Positions 1 to 13,509 of a stretch of 64,000 nt of DNA are shown one piece after another. Under the pieces are notes generated by a model. That model ran no database searches, was not told where the DNA came from, and worked only from the letters and a program-made list of their open reading frames with translations. The DNA comes from Octopus sinensis (lineage: Eukaryota), in the NCBI RefSeq assembly GCF_006345805.1, contig NC_043001.1:100130001-100194000 (forward strand). Reading direction: 5' to 3'. A program made the translations under genes and the position numbers. Position 1 is the first letter of the stretch; every line of letters starts with the position of its first letter.

Positions 1-50
1 TAAATAACAAAAACAATTAACAAAACAATTAAATAATAATAATAATAGTA

Positions 51-3000
51 AGTTCCCAAAAGGGGAAAGTTCCTCACAGGGATGACCGAGGGATGACCCC
101 CACACATTCTGGTTATCCCGACCGCCAGATGCACATCAGAAGATGCCTCTCTCCTTCTCAAACTCCTCCGGTTTACAACCGAAAGTCCAGAGTAGGCCTA
201 TTCACACGGGCCATCCTCGCCACATTCACCCACCTTTCAACAGATTTACTGGGAAGAAGAACTTCCCTCTTTACTCTCACTTTCCTTTTCAAGTTGAACT
301 TGAAAAAGTGGATGAGGGCTTGGTCAAAGAGGAAAGTGTCTGTCTTCAGTCCTTTCAATCTCGTCCAACATACTACCTCCTTTGCTACCAGACAGAGGAA
401 ACTGCCTTTCCTTCCCGACCAAAGGAAGGCAGTGGGGTGATCTTCACGAAGGACTCGGTTGATAACCGGATCCGCCCTACACGCTTCAGCCGCTGCTCGA
501 CAAAGCTCCACAAGTCAGTAATGCCCGGGTACTGGTTGAGTGCATTGCAGGACGGTTTCGTCGCCCTGAGCACACCTCGCACAGGTCCGTCAGACAGCAC
601 TTCTGTGTCTGTAGTGCTTTTCTCGAACCGGCAGAGATCACCGGTAGCACTGCCAAGCCAGAGATTTCTGGAAGTTATCCATAGGCCCCGTCCCGAAATT
701 CCTCCGGAAAAGACCAGTTAATTGATCCCTCCCGACACTCAAAGTTTCCTCGAAGACGTCATCGCTCTTACTTTTCACTAGTCCCCTACAGAACTCCATA
801 GTGGAAATTCCACCGACCGCGTTGCCCAATTGACAAAGAGCTGTGAGCGCTTGCCGACACTCCAGGTGCCAAGCGCCTTTTTTTAGTCTACGCTTGATTC
901 AGAACTGTAGCTCTGTCAGTGAGACGAGCTGCAGAAAATCCAGTGTGACAAACAGCGACCACACCTTCTCACCGCTAAGAAAGCACTGGAGATATCGCAG
1001 CCTCCGTACGTATCTGGGCATCATTAGCCACAGCATACCCAGCCCTACACTCAGCAGCTGTTGACAGCAGATGCACCATCTGGCGAGCGGAACACGTCCC
1101 TTACAAAGAAAGCGCTCCAGCTTGACCATCCACGAAGCAGGGCAAGGGATGGTGGTCAGGTGGTAGTAGATGGAAGCGATGCACGCATTCGCCACCTCCG
1201 CCCGACCTTTCAGGGACAGCTTCCTCTCTGCTGTCACCGCTTCGTACTCCCTTAAAGTAGAGCCGATCACCTCAATTTCTGAGATGTCCGAAACTATTAC
1301 GGTGATGTCGTCTGCATTTTCCGACACGAACCTTTTGCATCCTAGATCATGCGGGATGCCCATCAGAATGTCCAACTTCCTTAGTAATGGCTCGAGAGCT
1401 AGCACATACAGGAGGAGAGAGAGTGGGCATCTTTGACGCACCGAACGAGCGATGCTAAACGATTCCGCTAGACGGCCGTTTACTTTGACCATCTAACAAA
1501 TGCCACTGTACATTGCAGTGATCCAGTCTCTGAAAACGGGACCAAAACCGGTCGCCTCGAGGACAGCTGCCAAATATTGATGGTCGACCCTGTCAAAAGC
1601 TTTCGGTTGATCCAAATCGATCAGAGCCCCACCCATGCCAGGTTCCTCCTTCTCTGTGATGTGGTGCGTGAGGTGGTGGTTGTCGTGGATAGATCTTTGC
1701 GGGAGGGCGCATATCTGCGCATCACCGATCAGCTTATCGACGACAAGCGCCAACCTCTTGGCTAACACCTTGGCCAAAATTTTATAATCTGAGTTCAGCA
1801 GGCTTACAGCATTGGGTATTCTCCTGTTCTGCTGCCAGTTGTGGCAGAAATCCGCCAAGTGATCTCCGAACAAGTCTGGTATATGAAGATAAAGCTCGAA
1901 CGAAAGACCATCCAGTCTCGGAGACTTCTCCCTTGTGCAGTTCGTCATCGCGTCCCATATGTCTTCGGTTGTTATCGGCATTTCGCAGAACTCTGCATCC
2001 CTGGATGGCGCACTATGCCGTCGATGTAAGTGCCGTCGACGTCGATGAACGTAGTGTGTCGGAAAAGTTCGGCGAAGTGCCGCTGAAACTCCGTACACAT
2101 CTGCTTGTATTCGTGTTGTGTACGCCTGTCCCGTCCCGTCAAAGACCAAATTGTGGCTTTGTTTTCCACGTTGCACCCCTGCTACCAGGGCCCATGGAAT
2201 GGTTTTCGTCCCGTCATGTCTCAGAGCTCGCGCCCTTGCTCTGACAACGCAACTTTCATGCTTGGCATTGAAGAATTGATCAAGAGCCAATCTAGCCGCC
2301 CGTCAGTCGCAATGTCACTCCTAAGCGCCTCATCTAACTTCCTAACCAGCTCTCCTTCTATCTTAGATTCCTCTACGGCTATTTCCTAACTAAATCCTAC
2401 TGCCTCTTCAGTGCTATCCACTAACGGTTGTCGACGATTGCGCCCGCCAACTTCTGATGGACTAGCTTGCTAACCCGGTTTCTGAATGCTTGACGCGCTG
2501 GTAAAGACGCGTTCAGCTTATAGTACCCGGGGCCCTGCCTGAGGATCTTATCTAGGTCGACCGTGCAGATCGCAAATTTGTGGTCTGTATAGCCGACAAC
2601 TTTGAACTGTGTCAACCTATGCTACTTCTGTCTACTGGCCCACAGATTATCCTATCTAAATACGACATGGAAGATCCGGTGTTGTTTGCCCATGTCCACA
2701 TTGGCGCATTTGGGAAGTCCAGTCGGTGCCTGTCAGCCAATTAGAAACTAAGCAGGTTTGTGAGGCTTTTGCACACTCCCTCACGTATCGGCTAGATCCA
2801 CCCTATCCAGGTGTGCGTCTAAGATGGCGTTCAAATCGCTCACTATAACTAAAAGAACGAGATGTCCCAAGAAAAAGCTCCAAGTGTCTGAAGAAATCTG
2901 ATTGTCCTGCCCCAGCTGGGGCGTACACAGTGACTAGTCTGAAAGCACCACCTTCGCTGTTGTTTACATCTAGGACCACCAACTTACCTTGCGGGTCCAG

Positions 3001-3250
3001 GAAGATTGTCCGTACCTCAAGATCCAGGTTGTTCCTAAACAGTACTGCCACTCCGCTCCCCATTCCAGGCCGACTAAGAGATGCATAGATCACGAAATCG
3101 TCAAAAAAGGGGGCTATATCGCGTGTGTCGGAAATCCCGGTTTCGCTGACGGCTGTCACATGCATAGTTAGTGACTGAGGTCGTTGAACAGGCGACCCTG
3201 CTTCCTACTCTTAAACACTCCAAGATGAACGGACAGAATTTGGAGAAGGC
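51..3250 (-). mobile_element. Degraded L1/Tx1-clade LINE, copy 1 (ORF2: APE endonuclease, RT, C-terminal Cys/His domain; frameshifted, internal deletions)
   Basis: Minus-strand ORF fragments: VTAVSETG...DPQGKLVVLDV...RLVTVYAP (APE), KSPRLDGLSFELY, SLLNSDYKILAKVLAKRL, ALIDLDQPKAFDRVDH, SVRQRCPLSLLLY, ENADDITVIV. C-terminus ends at stop 173, followed by a short 3' UTR and a (TTA)n-like tail. Confidence 0.9.
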
Positions 3251-3637
3251 ACAAAAGGGCATCTACTTACTCCTCGGGTGACGGTGGAGGTCATGTGACG
3301 AGTGGCATGCGATGTCATTATAAATACTGTCCGTCTGCAGAGAGTACGTAGTAGGTGATCGTAGATAGTCGTGGTCTTACTTGTCTAACTAACTATACTG
3401 CCATACTGGAGTGGGTGTGATAGCAGTTGACAAAGGATTACAACAACAACAGCCGTTCAAGAATTTGGACCTGGAGATCTCCATTTCCAGCGACTTCGAA
3501 GGCCACCTCCCAGTGGTGTCGGGCGTCAACGAAGAGCCCTCCACTACAAGACGACCAAAGTTTTTTTTCCAAGGTCTGGAGTCTCCCGCCCCTAAGCTCT
3601 AGACCATCATCTGATCACCCTTACCCGTCTTGTTTCT

Positions 3638-3667
3638 TAACAACAACAACAACAACAACAGATAATG

Positions 3668-3717
<50 letters not shown>
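3638..3717. repeat. (CAA)n/(TAA)n microsatellite between the two Tx1 copies
   Basis: Direct reading. Confidence 0.95.
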
Positions 3718-3785
3718 TTCATTTATTTGCCATGTGGGCAAAAGATGAGGGAGACAATACAGAGACAGAAATAAATTGTGGGAGT

Positions 3786-6700
3786 TTACATATAATAATG
3801 AAATGATAAATAAAAAAATTTTAATATAAAAAAAAAATTAAAAAGTATACAGTGGGAAAGAAAGGACATGTGCATAGCATACAGAAGTACAAAGAAAAAA
3901 AGTGGACTGGGAGAATGATAGAGATGTGGCCTTCCTGATACAGGAACGCTTCTAGGGATAATCGAAGAACCCCACCGTCTGAGATGTCCCTGAAACCCGA
4001 AGAGCAAATGTCCTCTCCAATTCCTTCTCTCCGACTCACAGGTCTACACTTAGAGAGGTACCATCTACTCTTGCCATTTTCGCAACTTTCACCCACATTT
4101 CAATAAACTCACTCAAGGACAGTACTTCCCTCTCCACTCTCAATTTCCTTTCAGGTGAAACTTGAAGAAGCCAATGAGCCCTCTACCAAAGAGGAATGTA
4201 TCTGTCCTCATGCCTTTCAGCCTTGTCCACCAAACAGCCTCTTTCGCCACAGCCACCAGGCAAAAGAAAACTGCCTTGCCTGCCCGATTTAAGGAGGGCA
4301 ACGGTGCATTCTTCGCTACAGATTCGGCCGACAGACGGACCCGTCCCAGACGTGGCAGAAGCTGTTCGACATAACCCCACAAGTCAACAATGCTTGGACA
4401 TTGAACGAGGGCGTGCAGAACGGTTTCGTCACTCTGCGCGCACCTGGGACAAGTCCGTCTGACGGCGTATTCGTTCCTGTAGAGCTTGTCTCGAACCGGT
4501 AGCGCCCCCTGGTAGCACTGCCAAGCCAAGGACATCTGGAAATTACCCATGATAATTCCCGACCGGAAAATCCTCCGGAACAGACTACGCAGTTACCCTG
4601 AGAATGTCGTCGCACTTCTCCACCTCTAATCCTCTATAAATTTCTAAAGCGAAACATCCACCGATCCCATTGCCCGACTGGTAGAGGCTTGTGGGAGTCT
4701 AACGACATTCTAGGTACCAGGCACCCAGTCTCGGTCTTTCCTTCAACTAGGACAGCAGCTCCGTCAAGGAGACGAGCTGCGGAAACACGAGCCTCACAGA
4801 CGGAGCCCACACACGCTCACCGTCCAGAAATCGTTGCAGGTGGCGTAACCTCGGCGTGTGTCTGCGCATTAGGAGCCACGGCATACCTAATCCGGCACTC
4901 AGAGGATGTTGGCAAGAGACTGACCACCTGACCATTGGAACGCGTCCCTTCCACAAGAATTCAAATAAAGGACGCTCCAACCTGGTCAAGCAGTAACCAG
5001 GACAAGGCACCACGGTCAAGGGATAACGGAGGCGATGTAAGCATTCACCACTTCTGTCCGACCTTTCAGGGACAGTTTTCTTTCAGCCCATTTCTGGGTA
5101 AGACTAGCCACCCTATTCGCCACCTCGTCCCTGTCCTTATCGACCTGGAGGTCAGGACCAAACCATACCCCGAGCACTTTAACTGTTCCGTCGCTCCAGC
5201 GTCCGACGACACCATCCGATGGCATTGTGCTGCCTCTCCAGGAGCACAACCGCAAACCAACCGATTTGTCGGCGTTGATTTTCTCCCCTGAAACTGACTC
5301 ATTTTCCTTTTGGATGGTGCTGACCGTCTCCATTTCGGAGGCGTCCGACACTATGACGCTGACATCGTCCGCATACGCTGACACTGCCCTTCCTTGACCC
5401 AGTTCGAAAGGGATGCCTCTTACTGTTCCAGCTTCTGCAACAGTGGCTCGAGTGCCAATACATATAGAAGAGGTGACAGTGGGCAGTCCTGACGGACCGA
5501 GCGTGCAATGCCAAACGGCTCCGATAGGTGGTCGTTTGCTTTGACCACTGAAAACGGGTCCGAAACCACCTGCTTTCAGGACGGCTTCCATGTAGTGATG
5601 ATCGACCCTATCGAATGCTTTTGATTGATCCAAATGGATCAGAGCACCCCCGAAGCTAGCTGTGGTCCCAGACCTCTCTATGATGAATCGCTACCGACTA
5701 CAAGCGCCAACCTTTTCGCTAACACCTAGGCCAAAATCTTAAACTCTGTGTTTAGCAGAGTTATGGACCGAAAACTCTCTAGTACGTCCTCATTGTCGGC
5801 GTCCTTCCTCAGCAGTGTCACCACACCTTGCTAACAACAGTAGGAATTCTCCTGTTCTGTTGCTAGTTACAGTAGACATCTGCTAAAAGATCGCCAAACA
5901 ACATAGAATTCGTAGGGTAGACCATCCAAACCGGGCGATCTGCGACTTGTGCAATCGCTCATCGCCTCCCGAACTTCAGCGGCTGTTATCGGCCTTTCAC
6001 ATAACCTTGCGTCAACTTCCGAGAGCCGCGGCAAGCCGCCCAGGTTCGAACTAAAGTCCAGTACCATCGTCGACCCATCGCTCTCTCCAAACAGCCACGC
6101 GAAGTGCTGCTGAAAAGCCGTACACATCTGCTCTCAGTCGCGTAGCATACGCCTATCCCGATCTGTCAAAGACCAGATCGTGGTTTTGTTTCCACGTCGC
6201 GTCTCCACCGTTCGAGCCCATCGGACAGCTTTAGTTCCTTCCTGTTTGAGTGCACGGGCCTTAACTCTAACAACGCAGCCTTCGTGTTTCGCTTCGAAGA
6301 AATGATCAAGGGTCATTCTCGCCGCTAACACATCGGTCGCAGTACCCTTAATCGCCTCTTCTAATTTGCTAACTAGCTCACCCTCTTATCTAATCCTTTC
6401 TATTCCTAACTTTTTGCTAAACGCTATCAATTCTACTCAAATAGCCCTCTTCACGGCGGCCCACCACCGGTTGTTGACGATTGCCCCCGTCAACTGCCGC
6501 TTAACTAGTTCACTAATCCAATCTCTGTAGTCTTTGCGAGCCAAAAATACGCGTTTAACTTCCTGTAACCGGGTCCCTGTTTACGAGTCCTATCTAACTC
6601 GACTGTGCAGATCACAAACTTGCGGTCTGTGTAGCCGACAAATTTAAATTGTGGTTAGCCTACACTATCCCTATCCTCTGACCTAACAAATACTCTATCT

Positions 6701-7330
6701 AGATGCGACCTGAATGACCCATTGAAGTTGCTCAACATCCATACTAGCACATCAGGGAAATCCAGTCGATACCTATCAGACAATTGGAAGATTCTGACTA
6801 GGTTTACGAAGTTTTTGCCTCCCTTTCTGTGTACTAGCCCCACACAGTCCTTCCATCGTCCAAAATCCCATTCCAGTCCCCTACTAGTACTATACTGCGA
6901 GACGTTCCCAGGAAAGTTTCTAGACACCTGAAGAATTCTGGCCTTCCAGCTCCTGTCGGGGTATAGACGACCACCAGTCTAAAGGTGCCCCCTTCGCTAC
7001 CATTCACATCTAGGACTACCAACTTGCCGTCCGGGTCCAAGAAGATTGCCTGTACTTCGAGATCTAAGGATTTTTGAAATAGCACTGCTATTCCACCGCC
7101 AGCTCCCGACAGACCACATGATAAGAATATCTCATAGTCATCGAACATGGGCGCTAATGCTTGCACATTAGAAAGACTTGTCTCGCTAATTGCAGCCACA
7201 TCTAAATCGAGCGACCTGAGGTCGTTTAGCAAGTGATCAAGCTTCCAAGCCGACCCCAGGCCACGAGCATTTACACAACTTATTCTGAAAACAACCATGT
7301 TTATCGGAGAAACAAAATGGGAGAAAAAGA
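3786..7330 (-). mobile_element. Degraded L1/Tx1-clade LINE, copy 2 (ORF2 about 7298 to 4036 plus 3' UTR)
   Basis: MVVFRISCVNARGL...DVAAISET...FRLVVVYTP...VLVGDWN (APE), SPGLDGLPYEFY, DQSKAFDRVDH, SAYADDVSVIV, CPRCAQSDETVLHALVQC. C-terminus FFKFHLKGKLRVEREVLSLSEFIEMWVKVAKMARVDGTSLSVDL* is homologous to copy 1. Confidence 0.9.
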
Positions 7331-7606
7331 TAATAACTAGCTGGACCCATGAAAATTTCACGGAAAATTTTTTAAAATGTAAGCATTTGTAAGTTGTACG
7401 CTGGTGCCATGAGAAATGTTTCTATATTGCGACAGTTACAGAATATAGAAAGAAGTGTAAAACCGGTGACAGTATAATCCAACCAAAATATCTCAGTTAC
7501 ACAAACATAAACAGAATTACTATTTAGCCTTAAAATACATCATAACATATTCAAAGAACCTTCTTGATGTTTAGTGGTACGGAACGTGCTTCTGGTATTC
7601 TTTTAT

Positions 7607-7934
7607 TCTTTTACTTGTTTCAGTCATTTGACGGTGGCCATGCTGGAGCACCACCCTTTAGTCGAAGAAATCGACTCCTGAACTTATTCCATGTAATCCT
7701 GGTGCTTATTCTATCATATTCTGCCGAACAGCTAAGTTACGGGAACGCAAACACGCCAACATCGGTTGTTAAACTATGGTGGTGGGGTACAAACACAGAC
7801 ACAAACACACACGCATAAAAATATAATATAATATAATATAATATATATATATATATGACGGGCTTCTTTCAGTTTCCCTCTACTAAATTCACTCACGAGG
7901 CTTTGGTCGGCCCGAGGCTATAGTAGAAGACACT
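7607..7934 (-). mobile_element. SINE family A (tRNA-head), 5'-truncated copy
   Basis: Homologous to the full copies at 11268, 23315, 51964, 53928 and 61880. Confidence 0.85.
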
Positions 7935-8469
7935 CATTAAAGTATAGAGTTGAATTTCATGTAGTCAGCTGTTGGCTATTTTTCTCCCCCCCCCGCCACC
8001 CATTTTCTTGGGGGTATTACTCATTTTTCTGGGCTCTTTTCACAGCTCTACCCCATTCAAAATTTGCATTAGTTTTTTGTATGAAAACAAAAAAGGAAGC
8101 GAGGGAGGTGGAGCTTGTTTGTAGTTTGTAGAGAAAACGTTAAACGTGCCTGGAAAAAAAAAACATGGTCTTACCCCACCAACTAAAAGACATGAAGAAC
8201 TATGAAAGAAGGTGAATAAGTACCGGGGCTGGGGGAAAGAAGAGAGAACTAACACTCGATCCTTCTAGAACTCAAAGAATAAAAACATAAACAGCTGAAA
8301 GACTTACTCTCTATTTATTACTGAATGTCTTTCCCTCTTCTTCATTGTTAAAAGTAAAGAATCTAGAAAAGATCGATCGTTTTTCAGTTTAATTGTGATT
8401 GTAAATGGCTGAAACTTTCCTTTCTCTGTCTTTATCACTTCACTCTTTTTCTCTACGGTTAAGAGAGTG

Positions 8470-8785
8470 AAGGTGCATGGCTCAGTGGTTAGGAGTATTC
8501 GGCCTACGATCGCAAAATCACGAGTACGATTCCCGGCGGTGCGCTGTATTTTGAGCAAGGTGCTCTACTTCACCTTGCTGCTCTCAGGAAGCAAAAATGA
8601 GTCGTAGCTGTAATTGAAAGGGGTCAGCCTTGTCATATTCTGAGTCTGAATCTCCCTGAGAACTACCTTATGGTATGCATGTCTGTGGAGTGGGAAAGAA
8701 AGGACTTGCGCTTTAATTTTACAAGCAGGCTGTTCGTTGATCAGATAAACAAGAACCTCGTCGTCGTAACAGACGGGGAGCCATT
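8470..8785 (+). mobile_element. tRNA-derived SINE family D
   Basis: A-box-like TGGCTCAGTGG and degenerate B box; body homologous to 41210-41535. Confidence 0.75.
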
Positions 8786-8909
8786 TTTTTAAAGAGTGAG
8801 AGGAAAGGAAATGTTCCAAATCGTAAAGCAAAAATGTGATATAATGCCATTACACTCGACTGAAACGCCGAAACGCTAACAGCACGAGAATGGTGAAGAA
8901 GTTTCAATG

Positions 8910-9445
8910 AATTAGTAATGCAATACTAGAGTATTGCTTTCCAGTAAAAAATAGCCCGTGAGGGAAAAATATACAAAGAAGTAAATATATGGCACAACGA
9001 AGTACCGATATTTACTGGAAATAGCGAACGTAATAATACGACGCTAATGTATAGCTTCACCGCGTATGTGCTAGCAAAAATGCGTGTGTGGTAACATCTG
9101 AATTGTTGTCGTGGTATATGTTTGGCTGATGAAGATAGATCAAGTTTATGGGTGCAGACATAGCTTGAAAAATCTGAAACCTGCGCAGGTCCCACATTAT
9201 CCTTTTCCAGTTATTTCATCTTTCAGATGTTCTCCCTGGAGGTAAGACAATTTTTTCTAGTTTGTTGCACACACGCATTTTTGCTAGTACATACGCGGTG
9301 AAGCTATACATTAGCGTCGTATTATTACGTTCGCTATTTCCAGTAAATATCGGTACTTCGTTGTGCCATATATTTACTTCTTTGTATATTTTTCCCTCAC
9401 GGGCTATTTTTTACTGGAAAGCAATACTCTAGTATTGCATTACTA

Positions 9446-9448
<3 letters not shown>
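8910..9448. repeat. Long inverted repeat (arms 8910-9090 and 9268-9448, spacer 177 nt), right arm abutting (TA)n
   Basis: Arms are reverse complements over about 181 bp with one mismatch seen. Confidence 0.95.
9120..9197 (+). ncRNA. Type I hammerhead ribozyme motif
   Basis: tgg CTGATGA agat...atct GAAA cctgcgcagg TC cca. Core intact, extended helix II, palindromic helix III (acctgcgcaggt), short helix I. Predicted cleavage after 9191. Confidence 0.8.
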
Positions 9449-9491
<43 letters not shown>

Positions 9492-9587
9492 AACTTTTTG
9501 TAAAAGTTCCTACCGAAAATGGTTATATTTCCATACCGAAACTACTCGGTAATAATTGTTAATTTTAAAATTAATAATTATTTAGCC

Positions 9588-9783
<196 letters not shown>

Positions 9784-11245
9784 CCCAGTCAGTCATCCCG
9801 GTTTTCAAACAGGGAAACAGATCCCTCGCACTCAACTATCGCCCAATCTCACTCACCTCCCACATCATTAAAGTGTTTGAAAGAGTGTTAAGATCAAGGA
9901 TAGCTGACTTCCTGGAGACCCACAAACTCCTAAATGCAAATCAGCATGGCTTTTGCTGTGGCAAGGGCTGTCTAACACAGCTCTTACACCACATTGAAGA
10001 TGTACTCAAAGCCTTGGGAACAGGTTCGAACTCTGATGTCATATATCTTGACTTCAGTAAAGCGTTCGACAGGGCAGACCACAATATCCTACTCTCAAAA
10101 TTGGCAAATGTTGGAATCCGTGGAAAAGTTCTACACTGGATTAAGTATTTCCTGGCGAATAGAACACAACATGTTGTAGTTGATGGAGTCCACTCAAGCC
10201 CAGCAAAAGTCACCAGCGGTGTCCCCCAGGGGACTGTCTTGGGTCCGCTACTCTTCATAATTTACATAAACGACCTTTCCAGCGTCGTACATTACTGCAA
10301 AACGAAAATATTTGCTGATGACACTAAGCTCCAGCAAATCGTCAATGAAGAAGCAGACCGAACTCAACTCCAGTCTGATCTATATGCTGTGAGTCAATGG
10401 GTAGACAGAAACAAAATGCAACTGAACGAGGGAAAATTTGAGCTGATGCATTTTGGAAGAAATTCCTCACTAAAACAGCCATACTCTCTTCCGTCAGGGG
10501 AACCGCTCACAGCCTCTAACAATATCAGAGACCTGGGTGTAATTGTTGATGACGATCTCAGTTGGAGTGCACACATCAACAAGAAGGTCGATATAGCTCG
10601 TAAGATGAGTTCCTGGATCTTAAGAACTTTCCGGTCCAGAGAACAAGGTGTCATCATACCACTTTTCTCCTCCTTTGTACGGCCAGACCTCGAATACTGC
10701 TGTCCACTGTGGTCTCCCCATACAAGACAAAACATCTCGAGGATTGAATCACCCCAGAGGGCACTCACTAAACGAATTGAAGGCATGGCTGCTCTCGATT
10801 ATTGGGATCGCCTTAAAGCCTTGAAACTCTACTCTCTCCAGCGTCGCCGTGAGCGGTACATCATTTGTACGATGTAGAGAATATACCGCCAACTTTGCCC
10901 AAACGACCTGAACATTAGCTTCAAGGTTCATCCAAGACTGGGACCACAGGCCATAGGTCCCCTGCCCAATTCAAGATCACAGCATACATGTACACTGCAA
11001 CATAATTTCTTTTCCACAACAGGCCCTGCCCTATTTAACATTGTCCCGAAAGAGATCAAAGAGGAAAAGGATCCCATCAACTTTAAACGGAGTCTGGATA
11101 GATTCCTTCAAGGAATACCAGATAAGCCACCCATAACTGGATACAACTCACCCAACAAAAACTCACTACTTGAATGGACCATAAACAAAACTTGACTTAA
11201 ACAGGATTCAAATAATCCTATCAGGTGGTGCTATTAAGTTAGACC
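9784..11245 (+). mobile_element. 5'-truncated CR1-like LINE (RT domain plus 3' UTR)
   Basis: NYRPISLTS, NQHGF, VIYLDFSKAFD, SGVPQGTVLGPLLFIIYIND, IFADDTKL, LEYCCPLWSP, LYSLQRRRERY. Confidence 0.92.
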
Positions 11246-11267
11246 AATCTTTGGTCGAAATATATAT

Positions 11268-11659
11268 ACTCTTTTACTTGTTTCAGTCATTTGACTGCGG
11301 CCATGCTAGAGCACGGCCTTTAATCGAGCAACTCGACCCCGGGACTTATTCTTTTTGTAAGCCCAGTACTTATTCTATCGGTCTCTTTTGCCGAACCGCT
11401 AAGTAACGGGGACATAAACACATGAGCATCGGTTGTCAAGCAATGCTAGGGGGACAAACACAGACACACACAAACACACACATATATATATATATACATA
11501 TATACGACGGGCTTCTTTCAGTTTCCGTCTACCAAATCCACTCACAAGGCTTTGGTCGGCCCGAGGCTATAGTAGAAGACACTAGCCCAAGATGCCACGC
11601 AGTGGGACTGAACCCGGAACCATGTGGTTGGTAAACAAGCTACTTACCACACAGCCATT

Positions 11660-11662
<3 letters not shown>
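11268..11662 (-). mobile_element. SINE family A, full-length
   Basis: Reverse complement begins with a tRNA-like head (tggctgtgtgg A box, ggttcagtccc B box). Confidence 0.9.
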
Positions 11663-11695
<33 letters not shown>

Positions 11696-11799
11696 TACGC
11701 TCGCTTTGATACCATGAGTTGAGGTGATGTCTTCTAGTGCCTTCAAATTTAATACACAATTATTAATAATTGAGACGCAATTATTTAAAATTGAAGAGT

Positions 11800-11890
11800 C
11801 CTACGCTGAGGAGGAAAATAGTCAGGTAAGACATAATTATTTAATTTTTATGCTCTGCAACGACTTAATTCCGAAACGTGCGTCCGTAGG
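11800..11890 (+). ncRNA. Minimal type I hammerhead ribozyme motif
   Basis: cctacg CTGAGGA ggaa(52 nt)ttcc GAAA cgtgcg TC cgtagg. Perfect 6-bp helix I, intact core, short helix III. Confidence 0.8.
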
Positions 11891-12229
11891 TAACTTAATA
11901 TAGAATGATTTTCGTCATTTCTTTCTCTTTTGCCTGCGTCGTTTGTTTTTTAAGTGCTTTGGTTTTACTGGGATCTCCCTTTTAAGTAGAAAGAATAGCC
12001 AAAACTTTTTGACTGCTATTTCTAAATTCGGTATGTGGTGAGGCAAATCGTTGCTGAACCCTTAATCACTTAGTATTACTTAAACCTTCCTTGAATGGGT
12101 CTTTTACATGCCGAACTCTACTTGGTGAAATTAATGATTATTTCTAAATTAATTAATTAATTTCACTCTTTATTATTGATATATATATATATATATATGC
12201 ACACACGCACATACTATATTATATTACGG

Positions 12230-12600
12230 TATAGTCTAGTGGTGGTCTGCCGTTGGACAGGTCCTGTGCACGTGATCCTTCTCCAGCGCTCCCTATACCA
12301 GGCAGGGTCCCGTACTGCACACCTGCTGTCGTCGTCGTCCAGATTACCGGGACTTCTGCTACCATGACAAGACTTGGGGTGAATACTGGAGTGGTTTTCC
12401 GTTGCCTTCTCAAGGCGAGTGGGATTCGAACTCAGAACGTAGAAAGCTGTAAGATATACCTTAAAGCCTTTCTGCCAACGCTTCCACCCGCAGAACAACG
12501 TGAAATGAAGTGTTTTGATAAAAACTTCAACGTGCCGCCCCGTCCGGGAATCGATCTACGATCTAGTGAAGCACCCTAACCACCGGGTCATGCTCCTTTT
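12230..12600 (-). mobile_element. tRNA-head SINE with RTE-like 3' segment
   Basis: Minus strand starts ggagcatgacccggtggttagggtg...cgattcccgg and carries gagaaggcaacggaaaaccactccagtattc, which resembles RTE/BovB-type tails. Confidence 0.6.
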
Positions 12601-12611
12601 ATATTATATTA

Positions 12612-12805
<194 letters not shown>

Positions 12806-13509
12806 GTGAATAAGAATGACTTTTCCGATAATTATTTCCAATTTCACGATTAGATGTCTACTAATCGTATAATCGTATCACGAACTTTTTTCTTTTTTCA
12901 TTAATCAATTTCTTTTTTCAATATATAAAAAAGGTCCATGATCTGAGATTGCGTTACTCGCTTCAGAGCAATTTCCAGACTCTTCTGCTTTGGTATCAGA
13001 GGTTTTTTTGAAGTTTGCTTTAGATTTCGTCCGTCACTCGGTGGGGGTATTACAAAGTCACACACATGCGCACAAATACAGACACACACACATATACATA
13101 CATACATACATACATACATACATACATACATACATACATACATACATACATGCATGCATACATGCGTACTTACATACACACATACACACATATGTATGTG
13201 TACATGCACACATAGACACACTGACACGCATATATAAGGCGTTGAACACAGGCTGAGATAGGTCAAAATAAAAACAAATGGAATAAATATGCCAAAAAGA
13301 AAGAAGAAAAATAGATTGTGTAGTATTTCATGGAACGAATTTTGCATTTTAGACCATAGTGCTTCTTGAGTAGACAAAGAGGCTATGCTTGTGTATTTTT
13401 ATGATGGTCAGTAGAAGGTGATTTTAGGGGTCGATTCATATCTATATTGCTGTGTAACTAAACACACACACACACAGAGTATTGAATGTCAACTGAGATA
13501 AAAAAAAAA

